64,000 nucleotides of DNA from Balanoglossus misakiensis (taxonomy: Eukaryota > Animalia > Hemichordata): positions 9,403,878 to 9,467,877 of the forward strand of contig CM082581.2 in assembly GCA_040954595.2 (NCBI GenBank), read 5' to 3'. Shown here in pieces: positions 36,873-50,683 of the stretch. A program made the position numbers and the translations under genes. Within the stretch, counting starts at the first letter, position 1; each line of letters begins with the position of its first letter. The notes below the pieces were generated by a model. The model had not been told where the DNA came from. It saw only the letters and a program-made list of their open reading frames with translations, and did not search any database.

Positions 36873-39800
36873 ATATTGGCCATTGACTTCTGTGTAGACT
36901 GTTCTAAATAAATCATAAACAATCGACCAATAATGTTGGAAGGAAAGGCCTTCTGTATGTAACCTTTTGCCTACTTGGCACATTCCATTTAAGCAGAAGC
37001 ATAACCTTCACACTTCGAATAAACTGTTATAGTATCCCCCAAATGAACCAATTGTTATGTATGCTTGATATCTTTTAAACGCGTAAATAGAAATCCCTCC
37101 GTTGTTACGTTTTGTGTATTATAATCCCGACTCATTTCACGCTATCGTGGGGTTGCCATGGAGATATTGATTTGCTGTTGTGGTAGTGGTAGTCTGTCGA
37201 AACGGGTTTAGTTTCATGGAAACACGATGACGCTAAACTAATTTAAAGACCATTGTTATGGGGAAAAACAACAAGTGATGAAAAGAAAGTTAGAAGGTGA
37301 CGTAGTAGCTTTTCGAAACTGTCAGATAAACATAGATATATCGAGCTTTGATTTTCAAGTAATAGTTTGTTTGGGTCTCATGATCATTTTCGATCAACCA
37401 ACCATTCATTCGATGGCTTGAGTTTTCGAAAACATCAACAACAACTTTTGACACGAAGTTGAACCTGTAACCAATACTTTGGCGAAATCTGTAAAAAGGT
37501 CAGAAATATGGCGCCTTGAAAATATAACCGCGTTAGTTCGATATGCTTCATAATATTCAGGGATACAAAAATCAAATACAACAGTAACTCGAGTGTACAT
37601 TGTTGAGCTCTGGCCGATCACAAACGGTCGTCTGAGTTCATTACCCCCCGCCCTCTCCAGCGAACCAGACTTTACCACACGTACAATGCATGGCAGTAAC
37701 CAATCCTCACGCTTCAGTGATTCCCCTCATTTTCCTTTGAGAACAATTCCATATGTCTGCTTTTACTAATTGGTGTTAATGAATGTCTCTCCGAAGTAAA
37801 GCCGCCGTTCAACTTCAAGTACAATGTCGGACCTCCTCGGGCTCAGTGCACCTGTTTGATCTACTGTGCTGTCCGACGACGGCATTTTTCGCGCCGTTCA
37901 TTACTGAAGAAAAAAATACACTGCCATGACGGTTAAACAGTTTATAATTAAAATTACATTCTGGACTGCATAGACACGGCTAAATTTAGTTAACGATGTT
38001 TCGTGATGCAAATGAGGCAATTGAAATGAACTTCGGCCTATAATTGTTTTGATTGCGCAACGCCCCATACTCGGCGAGTTGCCAGGGCTTGGACGCGACT
38101 GCTGTCGGAGAGAAGAGACATTCTGACAAATATGCCTCGAGATTAGAAGCTTCCAAAGCCGCTTTACCATTCGGGGAAAAAGATCGTTTCCCGGTAATTG
38201 CTTCTCGTGCAGTGCGAAAAAAAAAATTCTGTTTCGCTGTCATTTTGTGTAAGGATGGATGAATCGTGCTTGTTGTGGCTGTAAGACGCGAATCCGGCTG
38301 CAGAAAGCAGCCATAAGTCTCATGCAGTGAAGGATATAGTGCATCAACCCCCAGTTTTCTTCCTTATCAGCGCGATGGGAAACGTTTTGAGGTGTTAGGT
38401 GAGTAGAACTGTAGTAAATGTTGCTCCCTGTAGTCGTGGTAAAAGCCTTAGAAGTGTTTCAACTCAACCTGACGTCGTGATTTAATTTCGCCATTTGAGT
38501 TACTGCAAAACCCTGTCCTGACAAATCGACAAAACAACTAACAAACATAATCGTATTGATATATAATTTCCGTGGCGATTTTAGTTAACTGTGTCATCGA
38601 GAGAAAGTCTATAAGAGTTAACTATCTTGATTTATTCGCTCAGGTGGCCGACTGTGTATATGTCCACGTCGACGTCTAAACACTCTTACTGATGCCGAGA
38701 TCGGCTGTTAATGTTCGTTTCGGGAACATTATTACGATTGCGCATTTCAATCTGCTCACGGGGGATTTTCGGAATGCGCTGAAACTCTGCAAAACTGTAG
38801 ATCACTGGCAACAACCGGTGCCGGCTGTGATCGATGCAGAATGGCCCCAACATTCGACAAAATCCAATTTACGTCACCGTAAAAAGCCTCAGTCTTGTTT
38901 ATTCACCAGTTTGGTCCATGCAAAGTTAGCCATGCGCGAGACTAATTTCACCCCCGATAGTACAAGATAAATATTTCCATTGCGCCTTCACCCTTGAAAA
39001 ATGGCATTCAACTGTTCTCTGCGTCTGAACATCTTGGTACGTGACACGTTAGATGCGATTAGATCTAACGAATTGCAGTGAATAACCTTCCGATGTTTAA
39101 TGATTGGGATGTTAAATTGGATCGGTACATTTGCATGTGGTTATCTGAACGCTATTTCTTTATTTGCCCGGTAACCGCTTCTCAAAGATAATTTCTGCCT
39201 CGTACTAGCTTTGCATCTCAATTACACTGCGTATGGACAACACCTGGTAAATTTGATTAGTGCATGCTTTGTTTTCTTGTTTTTCTTTGTCTTATTGGCC
39301 TTTCGCTTGTGCTTGCTTTTCTTTTCTTTTTGTCAAGTTGCATGGAAGCCTTTGTTTGACGACAGGTGTAAATGACGTGTTTAATTGGTCGAGAAATACT
39401 TTCTTCACGTGCACGAGTATTGCATGTCATAATAATACAAAGGCCATAAAATTAACTCGTTGTTGACTGTCTCGGATCGGGGTCGTGATATTGTCTGGTA
39501 TTTTTTTGTCACCGTGGAGCGAAAACGTGGCATTGTGTGACGTCCTCAAGCCGATTATAAGAGCGGCGTGGCGTAACACGTGGTAACATGACGCGACATC
39601 TGTCAAACGCGCGGTGCAATGCGAGTGCGTGGCTTTCACGATTACTCGATCACGGTGCAACCATGGCTGAGTTTTCAATGAGTGTTAGTCATGCGCACTG
39701 TTTAGTTTTAGTAGCCCCCCCCCCAAAAAAAAAATACGACGAGAGAGAATGAAATCAGAACGGCTTGACTCGAGTCTTATTCGCGTTGACAAGAGCTGAG

Positions 39801-42800
39801 GAGTTAGTTCCGTTCAAGCTTCGCGTTTCCTTAACAACGTGAGCAGCTCTGAAAGCAACAGGATTTGATATTTAGATTTAGCGAAATGTCTAACATCCTC
39901 TCCGTTTTTACACACGGTTACGCCATTACCGCACCGTGTAATTGGCTCTTTGCAGAGTTTGCGACTAGAGGCATCGCGCTTCATATTCAATTTGCCAGCC
40001 CGATCCCTGTTGGGTCGCGCTGGCGTTTGCGCGTTCTTTCTGTGAAATCCCCTCCGCGCGACGACGCGACGGCTTTTCTATGATCACGCGCTCTTGATCA
40101 ATAATGCATGCCGAATCCGCCGTAAAAAAATCTTCTTGTGCTCTCCTTCCTCTGGGCAAGCTTCTTTATTATCGGGCAAATAGGCCTTTTACCGTTCCTT
40201 GGTTACATTACATTATATGCCTGCAACAATTCACCGGCCTCTGGGTCACGTGAGAGCCAGGGTAGAGGGCTTTATGACACTGTCTGTAAATATGTTCTGA
40301 CGTTTGTACAGCTTTCATACATACATGAGTGCACACACAAAAACGTGTGAACTATTCCGGTAACCATGGCACGCCATAACAAATTTACCCCGGAGTAACT
40401 TGTCAAAATTTCATGATCCAGGATATGAGTATAGAATGTCACTGGAGAGTTTACCACCCGACTTAAAAATTAAAAATAGAAACATGAAGAACATATATTG
40501 TGCGTGTCCTGACCTGACCCGTCCTCATTCATCGAATAATGTCCAAGTAAAAGTAAAGGATCGCGTCAAGAGATTAAAGCCAGACCGCCTTATTTAAGAT
40601 TTAGAGCTTATGTACTTTTACGCAGAGTAGGCCCAGACACAGAGAATTAATAGCTTTTTTTGCTGCGTTTGACAAATATATATCGATGCTTTCGCGTTAG
40701 CATCTGACCAAGCGGTTTAACTTAGCAACATAACGATTCATCCACGATGTCATATTCAGGTTGAAATATAAATCAATTAATAGGTGATTCTGTCAGGTAT
40801 ACAACTTTATCTGTAACCAGACTCCTCAACTTGTACAGGAATCACCGTAAGCAGAGGTGTGAAATCGTACGTATATGTGTATGTGTAAATATGTAAATAT
40901 CCTTTTCTTTTTCGATCGTTTTTTCCCCGGCCGGAGATCCAGCGTTTTTGTGTTTTAGGTTGAAAGAGTACCCTTTATTCGTTATATAACTAATTGGTGA
41001 GATTTAGTGGATGAAAAGTGTTTAGACCTAAAAACGTTTTGTTCTTGTTTTGTGGCTTTGGAGGTTTTACTGTAGGTAGTTGAGGCCCACAGTTTTTAAA
41101 CACAGAAAGCTTGAGTGTTTTGCTTACTTATCCACGAGTCTTCCAGGGGATTAACCACATACCTAAACCATTATTTAAAGCACAAAACAAAAAAACTCTG
41201 AGAAAATGTACACCAATTAGTGAGTGGGGCAAACGATGATGCACAATGCAAAACTTGATTGTTACCATAAGTGCCACAGAACACCAGGGAAGCAATCACA
41301 GACAAGACTTTAGTGTTTTAAAAACCCAAGTATAAACAACGACTTATAATGAGATCTCAAGTACGTCGGACTTGAACAGGGGAACTGAAGCGCGATGCAG
41401 TTGAGAACAATAGGCGTCTGCGATTGTCTCGAATCATACAGGTGCGATTAGGCCAACCCGTCTACGTGTGTATGGTTTAAGCAGTCTGATCAAGTCAGGT
41501 GTGGTCAATCAAACACTCTATTCCTGTACCCGTTCCTTTCCGAATCCGCACAGATAGCTATGCATGGGCACAAGGGCCAGATGCCAATAAAGACCCATTG
41601 TTTGATCGAAATAAACGGGGTAGTTTAGACGACATAGAATTTGAGTCCAGCGATAACTGTGCGCGTGGATTCGTTTTGGCTCCACTTGGTCCCAGTTGAC
41701 GTGGTTGACGCCCTCACAGTCGAACGAGGGGCAGCGATCCCTCGCTGTTTCACTGGCCTTCCATGTCTAAGTCGATCCTTGGGCTTGCATAGAAGTTAGT
41801 CCTTTCTAAATTATTCAATCCAAATGATTCAAGACGGTTTCCTGTCCTGTAGCCTAATGTTGTTTTGTTGGAGAAGGACATGTTTAATACATAAGAGTGC
41901 TCGAAACTCATGTATTATAAGTCTTGGGCTCCACAGCTCAGAGCTATATAATATGCATTATGTATATTTTGTGACTTAAAATGGTGAAGGGTCATTTTGG
42001 TTGTGTAATCACAGAGCCTCGGCACTACAGGTATACAATAGCACTCAAGCAGTACATCCCGTTAAATTTGAATCCTTCAGGGCAAACCGTGTAATTTTGA
42101 CATGGGTGAAACGCCCTGGGTGTGAAATGTAGGTGTTCAGCCAGTGATATGCACCGTCAACACTGAGACACAAGGTCGAATATCTACATTTTATCTGTTT
42201 CGTGCTTAAATAACTTGAAAAAAAACGCTTTCATTTGTAAATGTGCGCACACTTCGGAACAGACAGAGAGCACGGATAGGCGTACTGCATATGCGATATG
42301 GTCGCCCAGTCGAGATCTCTTGCAGACAAATATAGCCAAACGAAATCAGTCTCGATTATGTAACAAATTTAATTCCATAATCTGCTAAGAATGCCGACAA
42401 ACGAAGCATATTGGTGCTTTTCCAATTTTGGTGCGGACAATTACTTGTAATTCCATTCGGGCCGAGATGTGATGTAATTTTTATTCATTTGCCAGTCTGT
42501 GTACAATCTGTCCTTGTCACGTACTTTATATAAATGAATCATTGGTTATTAAATTACCCACGAAGTTGCGGTGTAAAGTTACGACGGGCATATACACGGG
42601 GATCATTACGTTGAGAGAAGCTTTCTTCACATTTTTTGAAACGATAAAATGTCTGTTCCATAGTTGTCAAGATCCTGTCTAAAAGCTTTCTTCCGTTCGC
42701 TACTTGTTAACATTCGAAGATGTAATCTCGCGGTACCTGAAAAAAGGGCAGTATCTTGTTACGGTCTGGAGGGATTATGCGAGGAGGCTTGTACACGAGA

Positions 42801-45800
42801 TAATCTGCAACCGCGCAGTTCATCCAGAAGTCTGAAAGACCATAGAGAGCGGGAATCAATAGAGTTTCTGTCGATTCTTGTGCGGAGAATTTCTAAAAGT
42901 CGGCGCTGCAATCGAAGCAGCCTGTGTTTTGTAGCCTGTGTAGAGGCAACGTGAGATTACGGCAGAAGAGTGAAATCGGTAAAAGTTCAATACTCCTTAA
43001 AAGAGGGTACGGCGGGGAAACCTCAATTACTGATGCATTTCGCCGTTCGCGTGAAGAATTTACAAATGCGCGAACGACTTTTGTTAAAATTACCCTCGTT
43101 TCTTGAACACTTTGGGTGACATTCCCACGTGATTCGAGGAGGAGACTGTGATTGAATCACCCCTTCTCGAATCGCCATGTAACCGGAAATCGCCAATATT
43201 TAAACCACCGTGTCCTTTCAAAATGAAGTGTGTCGACAGGAACCACCTTCCCAACGTATATTTAGAAACAAGCAAATCACCACGGCAACACTGAAATGAG
43301 ACCAGTTCTTGGAGTGTTAAAAGCGGATGTGTGTGGGTATTCAAAATTAGCATACGCATGCGCGGATTTAACAAAAGTTCTTGCAATTTTATCAATGTTT
43401 GATGTGGCTAGAAAAGGAAAGACTCAGATAGTTCTTGCTATGCGTGATTTGCATATGACAAAGCCATGAACAAGTCACTCACAAAGATGCGACTTCGCTG
43501 TATTCTGCGTTTCATGGGCAAATAACCGGCGTGGCAAAATTCGAGGCGACAACGGCCGGATTGTGTGCTAGCACTCACAGCACAGAAGTCCCGTAGATTT
43601 ATTTAACACCGAGTGTGTTTTTTGCTCCGTAGACCTTTATTGACCCCCCGGAGCGAAAACCGTGTGCAAAAGGGTTCCTTGCGATTTAATGTCGCTCCCC
43701 AAACACTCTGAAAAGGATTCCACTTTGCACCTCTGCGCTCGTTCACCTGTGTCCTCCACTGACTCGAAGGCGCCAAAAGCCTCCCAATTGAGATCAAACG
43801 ATCAAATCTCGCTTTTACTGCCTCTAAGAGCATCCTGAGAAGTATCACAGATCCCCCGCCACACACAGCACACCCCCATAAATACAAAATTGCCAGCTAG
43901 GTTTTATTGAAAACCATTTCAATATATTACCACGCGACCCGCGGACTTCACGCGGCGTCGTCATAAAAAGGGAATTTTACGTCATATACGGGATTTTATT
44001 ATACGCTGCTTTGATATCCTGTGTACATTCTTTTCCCTTCCAGAAAAAGTTAATTTATTGCGCGTCGTATTTGTATATGGTTTGGCCTCATCAGATATAC
44101 ATTGACCGCCAATTTAGGGGAGGATATAGTTAAAGGGAAACATTGGTATGATCCCGTTTTCTCTAGATTCTATGCTCAAACCGTGTGCCAAGGATGACGA
44201 CATACATACGAACGCTGATATTAATCGCTGAACCTATAACGGGCGTTCATTTGGACGGGATTTGAGGCCACCCCAATGGCATGTTTCCCGCCCTTGAAAC
44301 TATCAAACGTGGAACTGTAATTTATTTTCTCTCTACGCGTAAATACCGCCGCCACACGCCCGTGATAAACAGTGACGTAGTAAAATGCATATTTATTTCG
44401 TTCACAGGGTATTTTATCTTCTTACTGTGTGATGTACTATGTATATTTCATCAGCTGTTGAAACTGGAGAAAATATTGAAATGAATATCAGTGTCAAATG
44501 TTGTAACGCAATCAGAGTAAAGCGTATTAAGTGTGGATATTTTGCCACTTTTTTGTCTGACGCTCACTGAAAACAAGTTTCATTGACAGGAAACGACAAT
44601 CATCTATTTATTCTCCGTAGGTGATATATTGTACTTTCGATTACTGTAAAATAACGAAACGAGCTTACTCGGGTCGAGAGTAGTGACGCCTGCACTTTCT
44701 TGAAAAGTCTGAACTTTCGCCAAGTCGAACTGAACACTCGGTGGGAATATACACAAAGGCGGGGACAGCGACCCCATTTGTGACCGGCTGAATTATTCCC
44801 TTAAAACTGCGTAAGAATATGAAAACATGGCTTGTCACGATGGTTTTCAGAGTCATCAATATGATGTCAAATGGGCGTGAAACAAAAATATAAGAGGTTT
44901 GCTCGTCTGCCATTAAACTCTCGCACATCGCTGCACAAGTCGTAGCGTAATTATTGAGGGCGCTGTAATAGCTGTGATATGCAGAACAGCGAGTTTGGAA
45001 TCAGCTAGGCGTCAACACAGGTTACTAGTTTATTACAATGTTGATTACGCATGTAAGCATTCTTTGATTGACGCACGTTCAGGTCGCTGCCTTTGTGTAT
45101 ATCCCGAGTTATTTACACATAATGTAATTGAAGAATCTTATTGTCTGTTTTTATGACGTACACCATGGCATGTACTTCTATTATATTGATGTCATAATGT
45201 TACAATGACTACGCCACCAACAACAGGATGCCATATTTTGTCCCAAGGATATTAGCCTCGGCCACCATAAATATTCTTTTTGAGAGGTATCGTGTCAGAA
45301 GTGCATCTGAACTCTTGGAACTTTCTGTAGCACGTGAACGGACATTATCAAATTACCCCCGAATGGTTGGGCTATTTCGAATAGGTTAATATTTCAGATG
45401 GAGCACGCCCTTTAAAGTTATAGAACGTGTTTCGGGGCAGACGTTTCACACACAAAATGTATATTCTTGAAATCCCCCCCAACACCTTTCTGTTAAAGTC
45501 GCGTATGCACTATTTTTCAGAAATTTGCGTGTTACCGTTGATTTTATCAACAAATATTTCCTAACTAGTAAAATTATAAACTGTTACCACATTTTAATTG
45601 GCTGACATACGTATACGTGAAAAAGTCTGCTGTCCACACTCGATTGAACATACATGTAATACATTCGGTATTTGCGGATTTAGAACGTCTTGAAAAAAAG
45701 ACTGTCATTATCGTGAAAAGAATGTGACCTCATGCGCAACGTCATTTAGGAAAAATAGTTCAAAGAACAATATTACCATATCGTGACGTCAGTTCGGCGA

Positions 45801-48800
45801 TTCTGCCTTAAAAGAGACGAAAGTTATTTATCGGTCTTCGAAACGTCTTGAAGAACCATGACAATGGCGCCGAAACAGCATTCAAACGAACGACAGTTCT
45901 GTCGCGTACGTCAATGATTTTGTTTGTCAAAAGTTTCTGAGCATGAGGATGATGTCATTTTTGACATTTTCTCTGACGTGCGTGGTAGACGTCCAACCCC
46001 CATTAATCCGATATAGCATTTCCTTGTTTACTGAACTAGACAGATCATTTCACCGTTTGAGTTCATCGAATGTTTGAAATGTTTTTAATGACATACGCCG
46101 CTGCTATTGGTAATCTTTTATTTCTCCTGATCATGATGCAAAGTAGCCTTCGCACGCACTGAAGCTTGTTACTGGCTGTTCGTTCTGGTCTGACAACAAA
46201 ATATTGCCCGGGGGGAATTTATTACTTGTGTCGCAGAGTGTTATTTTTCACTTCACATTTCAAATGAATCGAAATAGTCAAGGGGATAATCCGGAAGTCG
46301 TGTTTTTGAAAACATTCCTGGTATTATTATGCGTGCAATTGGTTTGATTCAAGGTTGTGCTTGACTCTAGTACACAACAAGTTCAAGTCTATGCAGTTCA
46401 AGGGCATGAAAACAGTTTACATTCGCTTCCTTCGTCCAATAGTACATTAAAAAAAGAATATATAGTGCTTATCACGTATTCCACCGTTATGATTTTAAAA
46501 TGGAGATTATATTTAAAGCGCCATCTTTCTAGTTGTATATTAGTACATTTATCTGTACGTTTTTTTATGCAAGACTTCTTCAAGTTACTTTAAGTATCTG
46601 ACAGACATTCCGTGCATAGTGGAAACTTAATCCAAAAACAAGAACTACATTAGTAGTTGACCAACAGGTTTTCTTATTTGGCTTCTTTTGACCCGTTAAA
46701 TCACCTTTCAAGGCTCGTCGAACGCCGGAATTCGACGTTTAGCTTATTTACAGTCTGCGCTATGTTGATCCCCCGTTTGCATTCTTATGCCACCGTGTGT
46801 CTTCTTGTTGATGGGAGGAGACGCTGTAGGCACCTCGTCGTTTATTCAGGCAACTTCAGTTAACGAGTAAACAGTGTTAGACAGGCGCTCGTCAAGTATA
46901 CTGCATGCTCTTTGATTAGAAGCGCTGGAAAGTCTCCCACCTGACTCGGGGCATCACTGTCGATGCGCCATAAAACAAGTATGTATACAATATTGAAATC
47001 ATTGCTGCCCCCAGCAGCGTTTGCTCTGGCGTCACTCGTGTGTGATCACGTGACGCCATTCATCCGAACCCGAATCGTGACAAGACTTTGCGCGTTCTGC
47101 GCTCGTTGTCAAGTTGCCGTTTCAACTTTTCAAGGTAAAAAAGACTGACAATTCTGTCTTCCGGGTATCAGTACATTGCAGGCAAGTCATTGCTGGACAT
47201 CATGATGAAAAAAAGAACAACAGCCGGTCATCTAAATCAATACGAGGCTGTTTTACGACATATAGCTGTTGTTTCATAGCATCCTGGGGTGTCACGTTTT
47301 GTGGGTAAATTATGCCTGACCATAGATACTCGAGATGGTCTGACACGTGTACATGCGCACTTTTAGGTCAAGAAAAAAGATGACACAGATCTAGCTTGTA
47401 ATTTTTTTACACGAGAGCTCAAAGAAGTTACTTGAGTTGACAATACTGTCAGATAAATCAAGGTCGTCGCGATAGAAAATTCAGCAGGACATCTATGGGG
47501 TCGAGGTACGTTGTATGGTCCTTCCATAGCTTTTAGTCGCACACGTAGACGGATTGGAAGAAGTAACGCACGCACGCATACGTATATGTACACGTGAATT
47601 GATTGCAACAAAGTCTTGTACACTGACTTCTCAAAGTCTCGGTAGAAATGTATATTTGTAAGGTATAGCATGAGATAGCTGAGGCCATAGACGATTCGAT
47701 AGTTCGAGATCAGTGCTTAAATTATCAGAGCAATGCGCCCCGACAATTTTGTGCTGCTCTTTAAATTGAAAATATCCCGTACCATCATTACACTAAGCAC
47801 AAAAACCATCTTGACTGATGACCCCCGAGAATATATGGCTTTTTGAAATTGTTCATATTTTTACCACGGCGTGATTGCTGGAAACTGGAGTCATGCTGTC
47901 TTGTTTAATCAAAGCTGGCGGATCCCGTGGGTATGTTAATCTCATGAGGACAGTAGTTGCAATTATAACTATATAATCGAAATGCTATGTGGTCATCAAC
48001 ATTAGAATTTGTGTTAATGTTTCTGTGACGTCAGTGGTCCACGGAAGACCAGACGCGCGCATGGATAATAGAATGAACCGTTCTTAATTGCGGTATTTCA
48101 TTACTGCTTAACGTGCGTCAGACGTTGATTGATTTTCATCAGAGCAGGATGTCTGTTATTGTCCTTATGGGTGTTTATGTAACGAATTTTTGCACGAGTT
48201 TTGGGTGAAATTTTGGTGTCATTTTTATGGGGACGGTTAAATGCTGTCTGTCGCCAGCCAACATTGGTAGTACATTTATTTTCAACTGTATTCTGCGTCG
48301 GACACTTGCGTTTGTGGTGAAAGGAAAGTGGTTCCAGCGAAGGAGCTTCCGACGTTGTTAATTGGCCTTTTCCCATAGCGATGATTGCCTGTCGACTTTT
48401 GTAATTGAAGATCATAGCCCGCGACGCTGGTGATTCTACCGTGATTTCTCCAGCAAATCGTCCCTCATCAAGAGTTTGTAACTGTAATCGGCCGAACCAT
48501 AACGGACACAGCTACTAGTATTTCGATCAGGCAATCTCAGTGCGTCTCCATCTCTATGAATACCGCTATCCTCATTATTGAAAACAGCTTTGGCAATTCG
48601 AGCCGTGGACAATTACCCCAATTCTATTTTCGTCAGCCACATTTCTATTCTTGTAGATCTTTACATCAGAACTGTTAAAAAATGTCGCGCATTAGCGGTA
48701 GTAATTGAAAGCTATTGAAAGACATCGTATGTGCATGTTAGGAGATTACATGTACTATGTATTTTCCACGTTTCTACCGTAAAGCGGGTTTATCTTACAA

Positions 48801-48870
48801 GCCATGCGCAGAAAAAAACACAGCTCTCCTGCAATGTTCAATGATTCGTGATTTTTTGTTTCTCTTACAG

Positions 48871-49510
48871 ATACCATAACTGTTTATGCTAAGCCAACAG
48901 AGTGCATTTACCTCCGCGGCCGTTTTAAGTGAAATACTTGGTACTTGCAGCCGATTACGAGGCCGGTGCGTCTAAACTACACATTGAATGACCCAAGTCC
49001 GAACACTTGAGGTCAAGGGGCGAGGCTCTTCACTCTACATGAGGCGTATCGATTTTCAGTTTACGGGAACGATATAGCGCCGATGATATCGGATACAAAG
49101 ACACACGTCGATTCAGCACCTCCAGTCTTTTAACACGCAGCGCGAAGTCCTCAGCTCGCTACAGTACAGATGACATCTTGTTATCGTCAGCCCTCTTGTG
49201 AGAGAATTCAAGCGATAACATGTAGAATGGCTGTTTGTCAGATCTGATGAGTGGTGCTGCGGGCAAGGGCCAATCCTGGCACACCGGAATCGTTGGTGAT
49301 TAGCCCAAGTCTTCGGGGAGTCATCATTCAAACAGTGTCCGTCGCCTGAGCGTGGAAGATCACGAGAATCCGTGCAGACTGTTCGCTGACGTGGAGTAGT
49401 TCACGGCACGTGTTATTGGAACTTAATCAATAATCGCAATCGCCATTTTAATTGTTTTCCGACGAAACAACACGGCCAATATCAACCAGAGGTGGGAAAC
49501 CGCTTGAACG
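48871..49510 (+). other. Putative 5'UTR part of the GPCR coding exon (640 nt, contains uORFs)
   Basis: Strong acceptor attttttgtttctcttacag|ATA at 48870/48871, implying at least one upstream non-coding exon. Confidence 0.5.
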
Positions 49511-50683
49511 ATGAATACGAATGACATCCACGGCTTGCCTTACTCGTTCGAGACGAGCGATTCGCCGTTAACAAGCAATGTGATTTTCGTAGAATTGGAG
49601 CAGACAGATCCGCCGTTTATGGTTACGGACGACAATGCTTCCAGTTCAGCTATCTTGGGCGGCGGTGTGCCTGGCGGCTTTAGCCTAGGGGAGAGGATTG
49701 TTATCGGATTTGTACTTTCTTCGATAATTCTGGTCACAATTGTTGGAAACATTCTAGTCTGTACATCAATTATTATTTTCCCGTCGCTGAGGACACTGAC
49801 CAATTATTTTGTGTTCTCGCTCGCTCTCGCCGACATTCTGGTCGCCTGCTTGGTGATGGTCATTTCCACGGTCTATATCGTCACTGAAACGTGGACGTAC
49901 GGGGATATCTTCTGTTCCGTATTTATCTCCTTCGACGTGGCATTCTGTACGGCTTCCATCATGCATTTGTCCTGCATCGCCTACGACAGGTACTCTGCAA
50001 TTTGCAACCCGTTTCAATACCCCTTGAAGATGACGTCACGGCGGGTGGCGGTGATGCTGGCCTGTTGCTGGGTGCTGCCGCTGCTCATCTCGTTCGTCCC
50101 GATACTTCTGAAGTGGACCACGATCGGCATAGAGGGTGTCGTGGCCGCGGTGAAGGAGCAGACCGGGCCGAACTCGTGCGTGTTTCTCGTCAATCGGCCC
50201 TACGCCGCCGTGGCGTCCACCATCGCTTTCTACATTCCGTGTATTCTGATGGCCACTGCTTATCTGTTCATATTCAGGGCGGCCAGGAAGCAAGCGGCCC
50301 AGATCAAGAGTCTGGAGAGAGCCACGGCGAACTGGAATAACGTGCGGAACGGCGAGCGAGGGGTGAGAGGAAGCATGTCTCTAGCGGCCGAGAAAAAAGC
50401 TGCCAAGACACTGGGAATAATCATGGGCTGTTTCTCGATATGCTGGTTCCCTTTCTTTGTCATGAACATCGTCGATCCCTTTTGCGGCTTCTGTATAAGC
50501 CCAAAAGCGTGGCCGCCGGTCACGTGGCTGGGTTACATCAACTCCATGTTAAACCCCATGCTGTACGCATTCTTCAACAGGACATTTCGGCGAGCGTTCA
50601 GTCGCCTCTTACGGTGCCACGTCTGCAAGGGCTCGTCGGCCGAGTTCGATCCGACAATAACTTCTCACGAGAGGCGCTCATAA
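49511..50683 (+). CDS. HTR4: Class A aminergic GPCR, 5-hydroxytryptamine receptor 4-like (390 aa, intronless CDS)
   Basis: Seven hydrophobic segments with GN (TM1), SLA.AD (TM2), D3.32 in FDVAFCTASIMHL, DRY, CWFPFF, WLGY and NPMLY. Segments ISFVPI..W..IGI, CVFLVNRPYA...S..AFYIP, E.KAAKTL.IIMGCF..CW.PFFV.NIVDPF and WLGYINS.LNP.LYAF.N..FRRAF are characteristic of 5-HT4. Beta-octopamine/TAAR-like receptors are the nearest alternatives, so the symbol is provisional. Confidence 0.85.
   Translation: MNTNDIHGLPYSFETSDSPLTSNVIFVELEQTDPPFMVTDDNASSSAILGGGVPGGFSLGERIVIGFVLSSIILVTIVGNILVCTSIIIFPSLRTLTNYFVFSLALADILVACLVMVISTVYIVTETWTYGDIFCSVFISFDVAFCTASIMHLSCIAYDRYSAICNPFQYPLKMTSRRVAVMLACCWVLPLLISFVPILLKWTTIGIEGVVAAVKEQTGPNSCVFLVNRPYAAVASTIAFYIPCILMATAYLFIFRAARKQAAQIKSLERATANWNNVRNGERGVRGSMSLAAEKKAAKTLGIIMGCFSICWFPFFVMNIVDPFCGFCISPKAWPPVTWLGYINSMLNPMLYAFFNRTFRRAFSRLLRCHVCKGSSAEFDPTITSHERRS

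Noticed and set aside
36664-36911. (THSL)n repeat proteins
   Set aside because: Translation of the (ACTC)n microsatellite.
49112-49120. TTCAGCACC, the left half of a REST/RE1 site, in the GPCR leader
   Set aside because: The right half-site (GGACAG) is missing.
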